From Coleofasciculus chthonoplastes F2-STO-03 (GTDB lineage Bacteria; Cyanobacteriota; Cyanobacteriia; Cyanobacteriales; Coleofasciculaceae), in the NCBI GenBank assembly GCA_040222015.1, contig JAVJWO010000010.1:1-64000 (forward strand): a stretch of DNA of 64,000 bases, given 5' to 3'. Under the pieces are notes generated by a model. That model was not told the DNA's origin. It worked only from the letters and a program-made list of their open reading frames with translations, and did no database searches. The translations under genes and the position numbers were made by a program. Shown one piece after another: positions 21,610 through 31,389 of the stretch (positions are counted from its first letter, which is position 1; every line of letters begins with the position of its first letter).

Positions 21610-21942
21610 AGCCACTCTCTCGTGTAACTCTCTCTCTAGTCCTAAAGGTACATCTACTACTCTCATAATCGCCTCTAGGACTTAATGGTGTCACACCCAG
21701 TTTGAGATCAGTAACTGACTGGTAGAACTGATCCGTTATTCCTTGCCAGGAGAATATTACAGGTGATCGCAATGCTCCACCCTACGATCACCAGGGTAGT
21801 GTTGAAGCGTACCGCAGGAGAGGCGCGTAGCTTGCCGGAGTGCCGCCGCTTTCGCGTCCCCGGTGTGGTGACGGGCGGTAGTCAACCTTATCAACAAGCT
21901 AGAGTACATTATTAACGATAATGTGATGATAATTAATCGCAC
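21610..21942 (-). mobile_element. group II intron-like 5' fragment (probably domains I-III; no ORF, no domain V seen)
   Basis: The minus strand starts GTGCGATT at 21942. A run of hairpins follows, with G-U pairs and GNRA loops that work only on the minus strand. Confidence 0.6.
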
Positions 21943-21971
21943 TCAAGCTCGGTAGAACCCCAATATAAGGA

Positions 21972-22289
21972 ATGAATATGGGCTGTTCAACAGCAATCCG
22001 AACCATTGAAGACTTGCGCGATCGCCGGGATGAACTCATTGCCATTTTTACCAAACATGGTGCTCACAGTGTTCGGGTATTTGGCTCTGTAGCACGAGGG
22101 GAAGCAACCGAACAGAGCGATATTGATTTTTTGATTGATTATGATCGAAACTGCACGAGTGCTTGGTTTCCCGGCGGATTGATCAATGATTTAGAGTCTT
22201 GCTTAAACAGTAAGGTAGACATTACGACGACTCGGGGTTTAAGTCCACTCATTGCTGAGAATATATTCCAAGAGGCTATCGAACTATAA
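21972..22289 (+). CDS. minimal nucleotidyltransferase (MNT-type antitoxin)
   Basis: VFGSVARGE...SDIDFLID motif. Confidence 0.88.
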   Translation: MNMGCSTAIRTIEDLRDRRDELIAIFTKHGAHSVRVFGSVARGEATEQSDIDFLIDYDRNCTSAWFPGGLINDLESCLNSKVDITTTRGLSPLIAENIFQEAIEL

Positions 22290-22339
22290 ATTAGGTAAGA
22301 ATCTGGACAATCTATTAACCAGGTGCAAGCTATCAATTC

Positions 22340-22933
22340 CTACCAAATTTCACTCATGTCTAATACAAAACCTGGAAGCACCATCTCGCCCGATAGGGTT
22401 TCCGGATTCTGTAAACAGTCCTGAGAACCATCCTGACGATAAATATAAACTTGGCGACCAGTACGGTCAATCAGCCAACCCAATTGTACGCCCAAACGCA
22501 CCCACTCCTCCATCTTTTTTTGTAAGGATTTCAATGTATCACTGGGAGAGCGTAATTCCACCACAAAATCCGGGCAAATCGGCGGAAATTTTTGCTGCTG
22601 TTCAGGGGTCAACGCATTCCAGCGTTCTAATCGCACCCAAGCGGCATCCGGTGACATGGGTTCTTTGATTGCTCCTGGAATCCGAAATCCGGTGCTAGAG
22701 TCGAAACCAATCCCGGTTTTATCTTGTTTTACCCATGAACCAAGTTGAACGATTAGGGAAAAATTGCGATTTCCTGTTTCTCCCCCCGCTGGCGTCATAA
22801 TCCAAATTTCTCCGGTTTTCAGGTTACGTTCTAATCGCAAATCATGGTTGATTTGGCACAGTTCAAAAAACTGATCATCGCTGAGTTTAATTGAGGGTGG
22901 AATGGTCAACACTAAGGGCGAGGAAAGCATCAT
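22340..22933 (-). CDS. Uma2-family (DUF820) putative endonuclease
   Basis: SPDAAWV, CPDFVVELRSPSD, LGWLID. Confidence 0.92.
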   Translation of the reverse strand: MMLSSPLVLTIPPSIKLSDDQFFELCQINHDLRLERNLKTGEIWIMTPAGGETGNRNFSLIVQLGSWVKQDKTGIGFDSSTGFRIPGAIKEPMSPDAAWVRLERWNALTPEQQQKFPPICPDFVVELRSPSDTLKSLQKKMEEWVRLGVQLGWLIDRTGRQVYIYRQDGSQDCLQNPETLSGEMVLPGFVLDMSEIW

Positions 22934-23007
22934 TGGTCATTGGTCATTGGTCATTGGTCATTGGTCATTGGTCATTGGTCATTGGTCATTGGTCATTGGT
23001 CATTGGT
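22931..23007. repeat. STRR-type heptamer tandem repeat (CATTGGT) x11
   Basis: Direct count; related TGAC(A/G/C)AA heptamer arrays occur at ~40040, ~61535 and ~63200. Confidence 0.95.
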
Positions 23008-23165
23008 CATCGTAACATTATAGTTCTTCCGGACTTCAGAATCCTGGCATTGCCTCAGACGACGCCCAAAAACATTGGGTTGAGCTTTGATAATTTCATT
23101 GGTAGGACTTACGCAAAGCCTCTATTTGTAGGGTGTGTTAGCGAAGCGTAACGCACCTTAACCAC

Positions 23166-23272
23166 TAAGCTGTCATGCATTTTAATTGGGAATGGGTAGC
23201 GAGCAAGATGCTCACAGTACAAGGATTTCGCCATTATTGACATTAAGGAAGGTTTAAATGCCGAACAGCTTA
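23166..23272. mobile_element. MITE (TAAGCTG...CAGCTTA family)
   Basis: TAAGCTGTCATGCATTTTAA / TTTAAATGCCGAACAGCTTA; internal part nearly identical to 115-190. Confidence 0.7.
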
Positions 23273-23520
23273 TAGCGCTACGAGAGGAGTCAAAAGTCAA
23301 AAGTTGACTACTATCGCTTCTTTCAATAACTTTTTTTAGTAAGCTGTATAGCCCCCTATTACAATCCTATTCTTGACTAAGTTTAACCCAAAATATTCAA
23401 CAATTCAATAGGGAAGGAGAGCGATATTCTGCTTTTAAAAATCAGTAACTTTAAAAGACACCATGACGCGATTCGCTAACGCGATAGCGAGAGCTTCACG
23501 CACAGATAGACCACAAACTT

Positions 23521-23597
23521 TGCAGTTTTCTGCAATCTGATTGTCCGAATCTTGCCAAGTGCCTTGTTGATTTACGCCATTAAATTTGCAGATAAGG
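23521..23597 (+). promoter_or_regulatory. conserved upstream element of PEP-CTERM gene 2
   Basis: Near copy of 20447-20523. Confidence 0.7.
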
Positions 23598-23664
23598 GTA
23601 TATCCTTACATAAACCTGGCTTGTATTATGGAAGTAATGACTGGAATCTAATAATTTGAAATCA

Positions 23665-24387
23665 ATGAAACATCTGAATAAAGCTCTGGGAACTATTGCC
23701 TTTGCTACCTTGGCGTTGGGTTATACTAATGTCGCTAATGCTGCCACTGTAACCACATCAGGAACCTGGTCAAATCCTCAAGGAACTGCTGCTGACGTTA
23801 TGAATAACGGGAACACTATCTCTTGGGGAAATCCGGCTAACACATCTAACAATCAAAGTTCATACGTTTTCGATGGCAACGGTGGCGTCGAAGTAGATGA
23901 CACAACGTTTCAAGTCTTCAAACTTGGCACATTTACTCATGACAACTTCCCGATTACACAAGGCGACTTCCTAGGTGTCACGTTGGCATTGAATCTAGAT
24001 ATCGATGGGCAAGTGAGTCAAGACTTTACATTTGATTTCGCTCACAATGAAACTCCTAACAGTCGTCCTTGTGATCCTCAAGGCTCCACGGTATGTCCTG
24101 ATGTCGTTGATATTCCCAGCGCTATAGGTGAAGAAACGATTTCCTATAATGGAAAGACATTTAAGCTACAGATTTTAGGCTTTTCAGATACTATTGATGG
24201 TCCCAAAGTAACTCAGTTTATCACTGAAGAAGGTATGTCAAACCAAACGATGCTGTTTGGTCAATTGAAGCCAGAGCCAGTTCCAGAGCCTCTGACTATC
24301 CTTGGCTCAGCTACAGCTCTAGGCTTTGGAGCATTTTTAAAACGAGAGTCTTCTCGCAAAAAGAATAAAACAAAGCAAGATGTTTAA
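23665..24387 (+). CDS. PEP-CTERM protein, THxN / choice-of-anchor K-like
   Basis: Signal peptide ending ANA; ISWG, LGTFTHDNFPI, HNETPN; VPEPLTILGSATALG plus basic tail. Confidence 0.88.
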   Translation: MKHLNKALGTIAFATLALGYTNVANAATVTTSGTWSNPQGTAADVMNNGNTISWGNPANTSNNQSSYVFDGNGGVEVDDTTFQVFKLGTFTHDNFPITQGDFLGVTLALNLDIDGQVSQDFTFDFAHNETPNSRPCDPQGSTVCPDVVDIPSAIGEETISYNGKTFKLQILGFSDTIDGPKVTQFITEEGMSNQTMLFGQLKPEPVPEPLTILGSATALGFGAFLKRESSRKKNKTKQDV

Positions 24388-24420
24388 TCAATATTTCATT
24401 GATTAAAAGATTTATAAAAA

Positions 24421-24448
24421 CTCCAGAGCCTGTCTGGGGTTTTTGTTT
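24421..24448 (+). terminator. probable intrinsic terminator
   Basis: CTCCAGA-GCCTG-TCTGGGG hairpin followed by TTTTTGTTT. Confidence 0.55.
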
Positions 24449-24565
24449 GCCTCATTGCACTCTGAAAATTTCAAAACTTTTCTACATAAAACGATTTTGT
24501 TGCGATCTGTGCTTCGCAGCGGCGCTTCACCATCGCGTCTTAAGCAATCGAGTTGATCGGAGCAT

Positions 24566-27500
24566 TTAAGAACAATCCTGACTCATCACCAATCGTCCAT
24601 CAGGGAGTCGATATACCCCAGTGGATTCCACAATTGGATCGCCTTTTTGCCAGGGGCGAGTGGTACTTTCTGTGGGAATCATCCGCACGGTGCCCGTGGG
24701 ATAGGGGGATATGGTAAGATCACCGGGACGCGGGGGTAAGTTGCCAGCGCCTGTGATGGTGAATCTGCCATTTTGCTGATCAGCCCGAACCATGCAGCTA
24801 TTGGCAATTAGATTATCGGTGTCGATGAAATTGTCGGGTAAATCGATGAGGCTATTTTCAATAAAAGTGAGGTCGGGTATGGTAATTATGCCATCGATCG
24901 CGGCATCGGCATTGATATCGACACGCTGGTTATGATCTAGGGTAGCCGGATCAGTGCCTCTGGCGGCAGGGGTATAGCGGAAGCCAAAGAAGATGGGAGT
25001 ATTTAATGTGATGTCGCCGCCTCTGCCATCACGGGCAAAGGCTAAGATATCGCTATCAGCAAATGCCAGGATGGAGTCAGCGGTGATCATGATGTTCCCG
25101 CCGTTGTCACCACCACTGGAGACACTGGTGGTGATGTCGCTGTCGCCCCAGAGTCGGATATCACCTGCGGCGATATTAATGGCGCCGCCAGCGGATTGAG
25201 CTGTGGCGGTGAGGATACTGCTATCGGTGGCGGTGAGTGTGTCGGCAATAGTTAGAGCAATTTTGCCAGCGTTACCTTCTCCTTGACTTCGGGCAGAGAT
25301 TTGTGATCCGTTTTCCAGGGATAATGTTTGAGTCGCGATCGCTAAGTCTCCAGCGACTCCAGTTGAGCCGGAAAGGGCGGCGGTAAATAAACCACTGGGT
25401 ACTCCATCAGCGGCAGTACCCGCGATTCTGATCCTGTCTGAGGCGTTGACGGTTATAGTTCCCCCGGCTCCTTGATTGGTTGTTGCTGTGCCAATTTGGG
25501 AACCGTTAAAAATGTTCAGTTGGGTGGTGGTTATTTCGATGTCTCCAGCATCGCCGTTCCCTGTTGTTGTGGTTAGGACTAGACTGTCATTGAGTAATTC
25601 GACGAATTCAGCGGCATTGATGGTAATCGTTCCTCCTTTCCCTGAACCCAAGGTAGAAGCGGATAGGATTGTGTCAGCAAAGGAAACGGATTCAGCCTGA
25701 ATCGTAATGTCCCCAGCTTGACCTGAATCAGGGGTAGGACTCATGGTACTACTACGGATGAAACTATTGGCTGAAGCAATTCTCCCTTGACTGGTGAGTG
25801 TAATACTACCGCCACCATTTACCCCACGAGCGTCAAGATTGCCCAGGGTAATATTACCTTGAGCCGAAAGGGTTATAGCACCGCCAGCCCCAAGGGAAAA
25901 TGTACCGAGCGTACCTTGGGTGGTATTGATAGAACCATTCGTGCTGGTGAGTGTGATTGAACCACTGGGGTTAAATATATCTTGGCTGGTAATGTCTCCT
26001 CTGGCGTTGACATTGAAATTGCCAAAGACTGAGGAGTTGCTGAGATTAATATCATTGCGATCGTTAATTCTCACATTTCTGCCACCGTTTATACTAAGAG
26101 TTCTAAAATCATTGTTTTGATTTAAAATAATATCGCTGTTACCCGCCTTCAATGTGGTTATACCAGTCAGGTTTAAGGGTTCGGTTTGGGTAATCGCCCC
26201 GCCAGAGGTAATCGTCAAGTTACCATATACATTAGAGGCGGCTAATTGAGTGGCTAAGGTGTTGAGTAGGGTAACATTACCCGTCCCATTGGTGGTAAAG
26301 TGGATATCTCCTGTGAGTTGGTTATTATTGGTCAGGGTAATTGGGGCATCGGGTTGTAACGTGGTAAAATTTGATGTACCTGTGACGGTAAGATTTCCAT
26401 CTTGGCTAATCCCACGATCAGCAATTAAATTTAAATTGCCTGTAGCGGTGGAGTTAAGTAGATTAGTTGTGCCATTTTCCCGAATGGCAATATCTTTACC
26501 AGTAAAAGCGAGAGTCCCAAATTGATTGTTGGAGTCATTGAGGGTAATCGTGCCGTTTTCGGCATTGAATGTAGCTGTACCGCTGACGTCTAAAGAACCG
26601 CTTTGGGTAATGCCGGGAATACCTGTGGTGCTAATCCCGTCTTTGCTGGTTTGAAATCTTAAGCTACCGCCAAAGGAGTTGGCTTGATTCAGGGTAATGG
26701 CGGGGTTATCTAAGACGGTGTTAAACGATAGAACGGCTCCCGGTAGGCTATTGACGGTGAGGTTTCCGGTAACGGTGTTGGTGGGTAAGTTAACAGTTCC
26801 CACTTGGGTGATGATTAAATTCCCATTCTCTTCGATGGGTGAGGTGGGAAGAGCAAGACTATTAATTAAAGGATTACTGCTACCTCCGTTAACCGAGATG
26901 TTGCCAGCGACTTGCAGGGGTTCTCCCGGTGCATGGGAAATGGGTGAGGGTGAGTTGAGCCGGAAGTTACCGCCAATAATCGAGTAGCCGATGGTGGTGG
27001 GGTTGGTGTTGGTGACGCTGACAGTTCCAGCGTTGGCGAGGGTGGTGGTGAATGTGGCGTCACTGTTAATAGAGAGGATACCGTTACCGAGGATGGCTCC
27101 GGCTGAATCAACCGTGAGGGTTTCGGCGTTGATGTTATCCAGGGTGACAGTACCAACGGTGTTATGAGTTAATCCTTCCCCTGTGTCTAATTCAATGGTG
27201 ACATCGCCAAAACCCGTATTAATAGTAGTATCGGGTTTCATAGTAATTTCGGCTGCACCAGGTTCTCGTTCTGAGTTAATCACTCCTGCTGCTAAAGGCT
27301 GATTGGCTAACAGAGATAGGTTGCCGTTATCGGTGGTGATATCGGCATTGAGGAGAATACTTCGTCCGGCTTCTAGGGATAAGGCACCGCCACTACCTGT
27401 AGGATTATCAGTGATAATGGCTTGGTTGACGGTGATATCGTTATTCGCTTGCAGAGTGACAGCGGTTCCGGTATCGGTAATGTTGGTAATTGTAGAGGGA

Positions 27501-30500
27501 GTGAGGGTAATATTGCGGTTTGGGAAATAGCTGTGGGTGAGGGAGGAGGAGGGGTTGGCGATGCCGATATCTACTTGTCCGGCTCTATTGTTGGCGGCGG
27601 GGCTAGCTACCAGGTAATTACCATTGCTTAAGGCGGTTATTCCACCAGAGCCGAACTTATCGTTTCGGTTAGTACCGGAGATACGGCTAATTTCCGCCCC
27701 TGTGGTGCCATCAGCCAGAATTACTGTCCCAGCATCCACTACCCCCCCAATATCTGCGTTGGGATTGGCAAAAACATAATTACCATCGCTCAAGATTCTT
27801 ATGTCACCAGAGCCGAAAAAATCGTCTGGGTTAGTGCCAGAGATACGGCTAATTTCCCCACCCATGGTGCCATTAGCCAGAATTACTGTCCCAGCATTCT
27901 GTACCCCCGGAATATCTGCGTTGGGATTGCCGAAAACATAATTACCATTGCTCAAGGCTGTTATTCCACTATTGCCGAAATTATCGTTTGGGTTAGTACC
28001 AGAGATACGGTCAATTTCCACCCCCGTAGTGCCATCAGCCAGAATCACTGTCCCAGCATTCCTTACCCCCCCAATAATTGCATCTTGATTGCCAAAAACA
28101 TAATTACCATTGCTTAAGGCTGTTATGCCATTACTGCCCAACCTATCCCTTGGGTTAGTCCCAGAGATCCGGCTAATTTCCGCCCCCGTGGTTCCATTTG
28201 CCAGAATCACCGTCCCAGCATCCCTTACCCCCCCAATCCATGTACTGGGATTGCCGAAAACATAATTACCATTGCTTAAGGCTGTTATTTGACTCTCGCC
28301 GAAGTTGTCGAATCTGTTAATACCAGAGATACGGCTAATTTCCGCCCCCGTGGTGCCATTAGCCAGAATCACGGTCCCAGGCTGTTGCACCCCCCCAATC
28401 CTTGCAAAGGGATTGCCAAAGACATAATTACTATTGCTCAAAGCTGTTATTTGACGAGGGCCGAACTGATCGCTTGGGTTAGTACCAGAGATACGGCTAA
28501 TTTCCGCCCCCGTGGTGCCATCAGCCAGAATCACTGTCCCAGCACGTTTCATCCCCTCAATATCTGCAAACGAATTTGCAAAGACATAATTACTATTGCT
28601 CAACGCTGTTATTTCACGACTGCCGAAATTATCGTCTGGGTTAGTACCAGAGATGCGGCTAATTTCCGCCCCCGTGGTGCCATTAGCCAGAATCACTGTC
28701 CCAGCATCCACTACCGCCCCAATATCTGCGGCTGGATTGCCAAAGACATAATTACTATTGCTCAACGCTGTTATTTCACCAGAGCCTAAATTATCGTCTG
28801 GGTTAGTACCAGAGATACGGCTAATTTCCGCCCCTGTGGTTCCATTAGCCAGAATTACTGTCCCAGCATTCTCTACCGCCTCAATATCTGCCAAGGGATT
28901 GCCGAAAACATAATTACCATTGCTCAAGGCTGTTATTTCACCCAAGCCAAAATTATCCCCTGGGTTCTCACCATGAATAGGTTCGAGTATCGCTCCGGTG
29001 TTCGAGTCGAATAGGTATACGGCTCCCCCATTCTGTGCCATTAAATCATCGTATGGAGAACTCACCACAATGTTGTTATTTGCCAGTACCGCCGTATTCT
29101 CCCCAAATCGATTTCCTGCCGCTGGATTGGGGTCAAATAATTGAAATGAGTTGCCAGTAACCGCTGTATCAATGGTAATATTCTTCGGGTCTAACCATAG
29201 CTCCCCCGCCACCCCATTCACCGCACTCCCATCTCCCCACCCACCAAACACCAAACTCCCTTTCCCCGATACCTCCAACAATCCCCCATTTCCCGCCAAT
29301 TCCCCACCTCGCGCGGTCAAACTGCCATAAAAATCAGTCTTCCCATCTGCCCAAACAATTACTTTCCCGCCATCCCCAACTCTCAACCCATCGGCTTGTA
29401 ACGTCGTAGCATGATTCACCAGGGTATATTCGGCATTCTGTGCCCCCACCGTATTTCCCTGATAGTCTCCACCCACCAGAATCTCACCGCCACCCTGATT
29501 CCCACTGGCATTTACTGTTGTTCCCAACAGTTGCAATCTTTCCCCAAATAACTGAATCTCACCCCCCAACTCCCCCTGTGCCTGGAAATTCCCAGACGTG
29601 GTGAAAACCTGTCCCCCCTGAAACCGAATCCTACCCGCCTTTTCACTCCCGGTTACAGAAGTCAACGCCGTAGCGGTTTGAATTACTGTGCCCTGATAAT
29701 CCACTTGAATCGTTCCCCCATCCCCAGCATTTCCTGTGGCACTGAGAACCCCAGTATCGAGAAAATTAGTAACATTAATAGTGACACTACCGCCCCGTTC
29801 ACCATCCGCCTGAATCTCTCCCCGATTTTCCAGAAAGGTACTGGTGAGATTTATCTCTCCCCCGATAACGCCGCCGGAATTGATGACACCATTGAGCAGT
29901 TGAATCCGATTCCCTGTCACGTTAATTTCACCGCCACTACCCAGAGGATTTGAGGCATCCACAGAACCTAAAATTGCCACAGTGCCTAGATTAAAATCAA
30001 TCGGAATATCGGCTTCAGTTAATCCAGCATTTTCCAGTAACGTTGCTAAACCTGACGCAGAAGACAGAACCGGATTTGTATCATTATTGAATGGTAAATC
30101 AACAGAGCTAACTTGCCCCGTTAAATCCAAATGAATTAAACCTTGGCTTGGCACAGCCGCCAGACTAATTGTTCCTCCGGGTGCTGATAATTGCCCCGAA
30201 TTCACCACTGTACCCCCCGCCAGGGTCAAATTCTCTCCCTCTCCAACTGCTAAATTCCCTGCATTCACTACCGCTGCTGGCTGTCCATACTGCAACCCCA
30301 AGGGTACACTAATCGTTAATAATGAGGAGTCTTCTGGATTCGTGGCACTGAATGATGAGCCATCTTCAAATACTACAGAATTTGCTGTACTCGCGACAAA
30401 GGAACCCTGAATATCTAACTGAGCCTTTGCGCCGAAAATAATCCCATTGGGATTGAGGAAAAATAGATTCGCTTCGCCATTAACTCCCAATGTTCCTAAA

Positions 30501-30913
30501 ATTGCTGAAGGGTTATTCCCGGTTACCCGACTAAAAATCGTTTCAATGCCGACTGGATTGGCAAAATAAACCCGTTGTCCCTCTTCAATATTAAACTCAA
30601 GGAAACTGTGGAACAAGTTAGCTTCTCGGATTGCCCCCCCTTCTATCAAATCGGCTAATCTTCCCCGCACTTGAGCCTTGGGTGTGACGACAGAATGTTC
30701 AGCCTCTAAGGTATTATCTGGGGTAATCTGGGCGCGAAGGGGAGTATCCTGACTGATTAAGACAGTAAGACTGGTGAAAAAACTCACCAACCCTAACTGC
30801 CAATACCTGGGTTTTGAGGATTGAATCTGAGCCAGGTAGGAACACGTTACTCCTGTTGAATTTTCCAAGAAGGGACTGTTCATCAAAACCTCCAGGATAC
30901 TCGATCCAAGCAT
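24566..30913 (-). CDS. filamentous haemagglutinin-family TpsA exoprotein (2115 aa; start uncertain)
   Basis: TPS domain (NLFHSF, NLFFLNPNGIIFG), WLDPKNITI, beta-helix repeats, C-tail FTITGAGNLPPRP...GVYRLPDGRLV. Confidence 0.92.
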   Translation of the reverse strand: MLGSSILEVLMNSPFLENSTGVTCSYLAQIQSSKPRYWQLGLVSFFTSLTVLISQDTPLRAQITPDNTLEAEHSVVTPKAQVRGRLADLIEGGAIREANLFHSFLEFNIEEGQRVYFANPVGIETIFSRVTGNNPSAILGTLGVNGEANLFFLNPNGIIFGAKAQLDIQGSFVASTANSVVFEDGSSFSATNPEDSSLLTISVPLGLQYGQPAAVVNAGNLAVGEGENLTLAGGTVVNSGQLSAPGGTISLAAVPSQGLIHLDLTGQVSSVDLPFNNDTNPVLSSASGLATLLENAGLTEADIPIDFNLGTVAILGSVDASNPLGSGGEINVTGNRIQLLNGVINSGGVIGGEINLTSTFLENRGEIQADGERGGSVTINVTNFLDTGVLSATGNAGDGGTIQVDYQGTVIQTATALTSVTGSEKAGRIRFQGGQVFTTSGNFQAQGELGGEIQLFGERLQLLGTTVNASGNQGGGEILVGGDYQGNTVGAQNAEYTLVNHATTLQADGLRVGDGGKVIVWADGKTDFYGSLTARGGELAGNGGLLEVSGKGSLVFGGWGDGSAVNGVAGELWLDPKNITIDTAVTGNSFQLFDPNPAAGNRFGENTAVLANNNIVVSSPYDDLMAQNGGAVYLFDSNTGAILEPIHGENPGDNFGLGEITALSNGNYVFGNPLADIEAVENAGTVILANGTTGAEISRISGTNPDDNLGSGEITALSNSNYVFGNPAADIGAVVDAGTVILANGTTGAEISRISGTNPDDNFGSREITALSNSNYVFANSFADIEGMKRAGTVILADGTTGAEISRISGTNPSDQFGPRQITALSNSNYVFGNPFARIGGVQQPGTVILANGTTGAEISRISGINRFDNFGESQITALSNGNYVFGNPSTWIGGVRDAGTVILANGTTGAEISRISGTNPRDRLGSNGITALSNGNYVFGNQDAIIGGVRNAGTVILADGTTGVEIDRISGTNPNDNFGNSGITALSNGNYVFGNPNADIPGVQNAGTVILANGTMGGEISRISGTNPDDFFGSGDIRILSDGNYVFANPNADIGGVVDAGTVILADGTTGAEISRISGTNRNDKFGSGGITALSNGNYLVASPAANNRAGQVDIGIANPSSSLTHSYFPNRNITLTPSTITNITDTGTAVTLQANNDITVNQAIITDNPTGSGGALSLEAGRSILLNADITTDNGNLSLLANQPLAAGVINSEREPGAAEITMKPDTTINTGFGDVTIELDTGEGLTHNTVGTVTLDNINAETLTVDSAGAILGNGILSINSDATFTTTLANAGTVSVTNTNPTTIGYSIIGGNFRLNSPSPISHAPGEPLQVAGNISVNGGSSNPLINSLALPTSPIEENGNLIITQVGTVNLPTNTVTGNLTVNSLPGAVLSFNTVLDNPAITLNQANSFGGSLRFQTSKDGISTTGIPGITQSGSLDVSGTATFNAENGTITLNDSNNQFGTLAFTGKDIAIRENGTTNLLNSTATGNLNLIADRGISQDGNLTVTGTSNFTTLQPDAPITLTNNNQLTGDIHFTTNGTGNVTLLNTLATQLAASNVYGNLTITSGGAITQTEPLNLTGITTLKAGNSDIILNQNNDFRTLSINGGRNVRINDRNDINLSNSSVFGNFNVNARGDITSQDIFNPSGSITLTSTNGSINTTQGTLGTFSLGAGGAITLSAQGNITLGNLDARGVNGGGSITLTSQGRIASANSFIRSSTMSPTPDSGQAGDITIQAESVSFADTILSASTLGSGKGGTITINAAEFVELLNDSLVLTTTTGNGDAGDIEITTTQLNIFNGSQIGTATTNQGAGGTITVNASDRIRIAGTAADGVPSGLFTAALSGSTGVAGDLAIATQTLSLENGSQISARSQGEGNAGKIALTIADTLTATDSSILTATAQSAGGAINIAAGDIRLWGDSDITTSVSSGGDNGGNIMITADSILAFADSDILAFARDGRGGDITLNTPIFFGFRYTPAARGTDPATLDHNQRVDINADAAIDGIITIPDLTFIENSLIDLPDNFIDTDNLIANSCMVRADQQNGRFTITGAGNLPPRPGDLTISPYPTGTVRMIPTESTTRPWQKGDPIVESTGVYRLPDGRLVMSQDCS
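27600..28945 (-). repeat. 162-bp (54-aa) intragenic tandem repeats, 8 full plus a partial (DUF5650-like)
   Basis: ITALSNGNYVFGNP..AGTVILANGTTGAEISRISGTNP recurs at 162-bp spacing. Confidence 0.9.
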
Positions 30914-31223
30914 TTAGACCCCTCTCCCCCAGCCCCTCTCCCACTCCCTGGGGAGAGGGGAGAAAGAGAGGGGTTGACCTGAATATCTCTAGCATACAGG
31001 CAAACCGACAACAACACTTTGCACTTTTGTGCCAACTCAAGTTCCTAAACCAGACAAGTCAATGGCACAAAATGACCAACCTATTCCAGCCCTGACAGCC
31101 TAATAATGCGATAAGCTGAAAATCAGTGAGTGATCAGCCTTCCATGGACAGTCTCATTCCCAAGTCCGATTTATAATTAAAATAAATTGTCATGAATCAG
31201 ACAGCCAAAAAGTGCTATTTAAT

Positions 31224-31335
31224 ATGCAAATTACCATTGAAGTGCCTGACAATATAGGTAGTCGTTTGGCGGTTCGTAGTGAGGGCTTTAGCCCTCTCCA
31301 GCTAGGCGGAGCGAGAACTAAAGTTCTCACTACAA
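31224..31335 (+). pseudogene. UPF0175-like antitoxin N-terminal fragment interrupted by a REP-like element
   Basis: MQITIEVPDNIGSRLA followed by paired palindromes GTAGTGAGGGCTTTAGCCCTC / GAGAACTAAAGTTCTCACTAC. Confidence 0.4.
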
Positions 31336-31389
31336 ACAAAACCCCTCGGTGCGTCTGTCTCAACCAGCCATTTAAAAGCGTGACAGCTG

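Noticed and set aside
22891..23151. ORF with repeated SLVIGHW
   Set aside because: Translation artefact of the CATTGGT heptamer array
27600..28945. DGR target
   Set aside because: This is an in-frame tandem array with no non-coding template repeat visible
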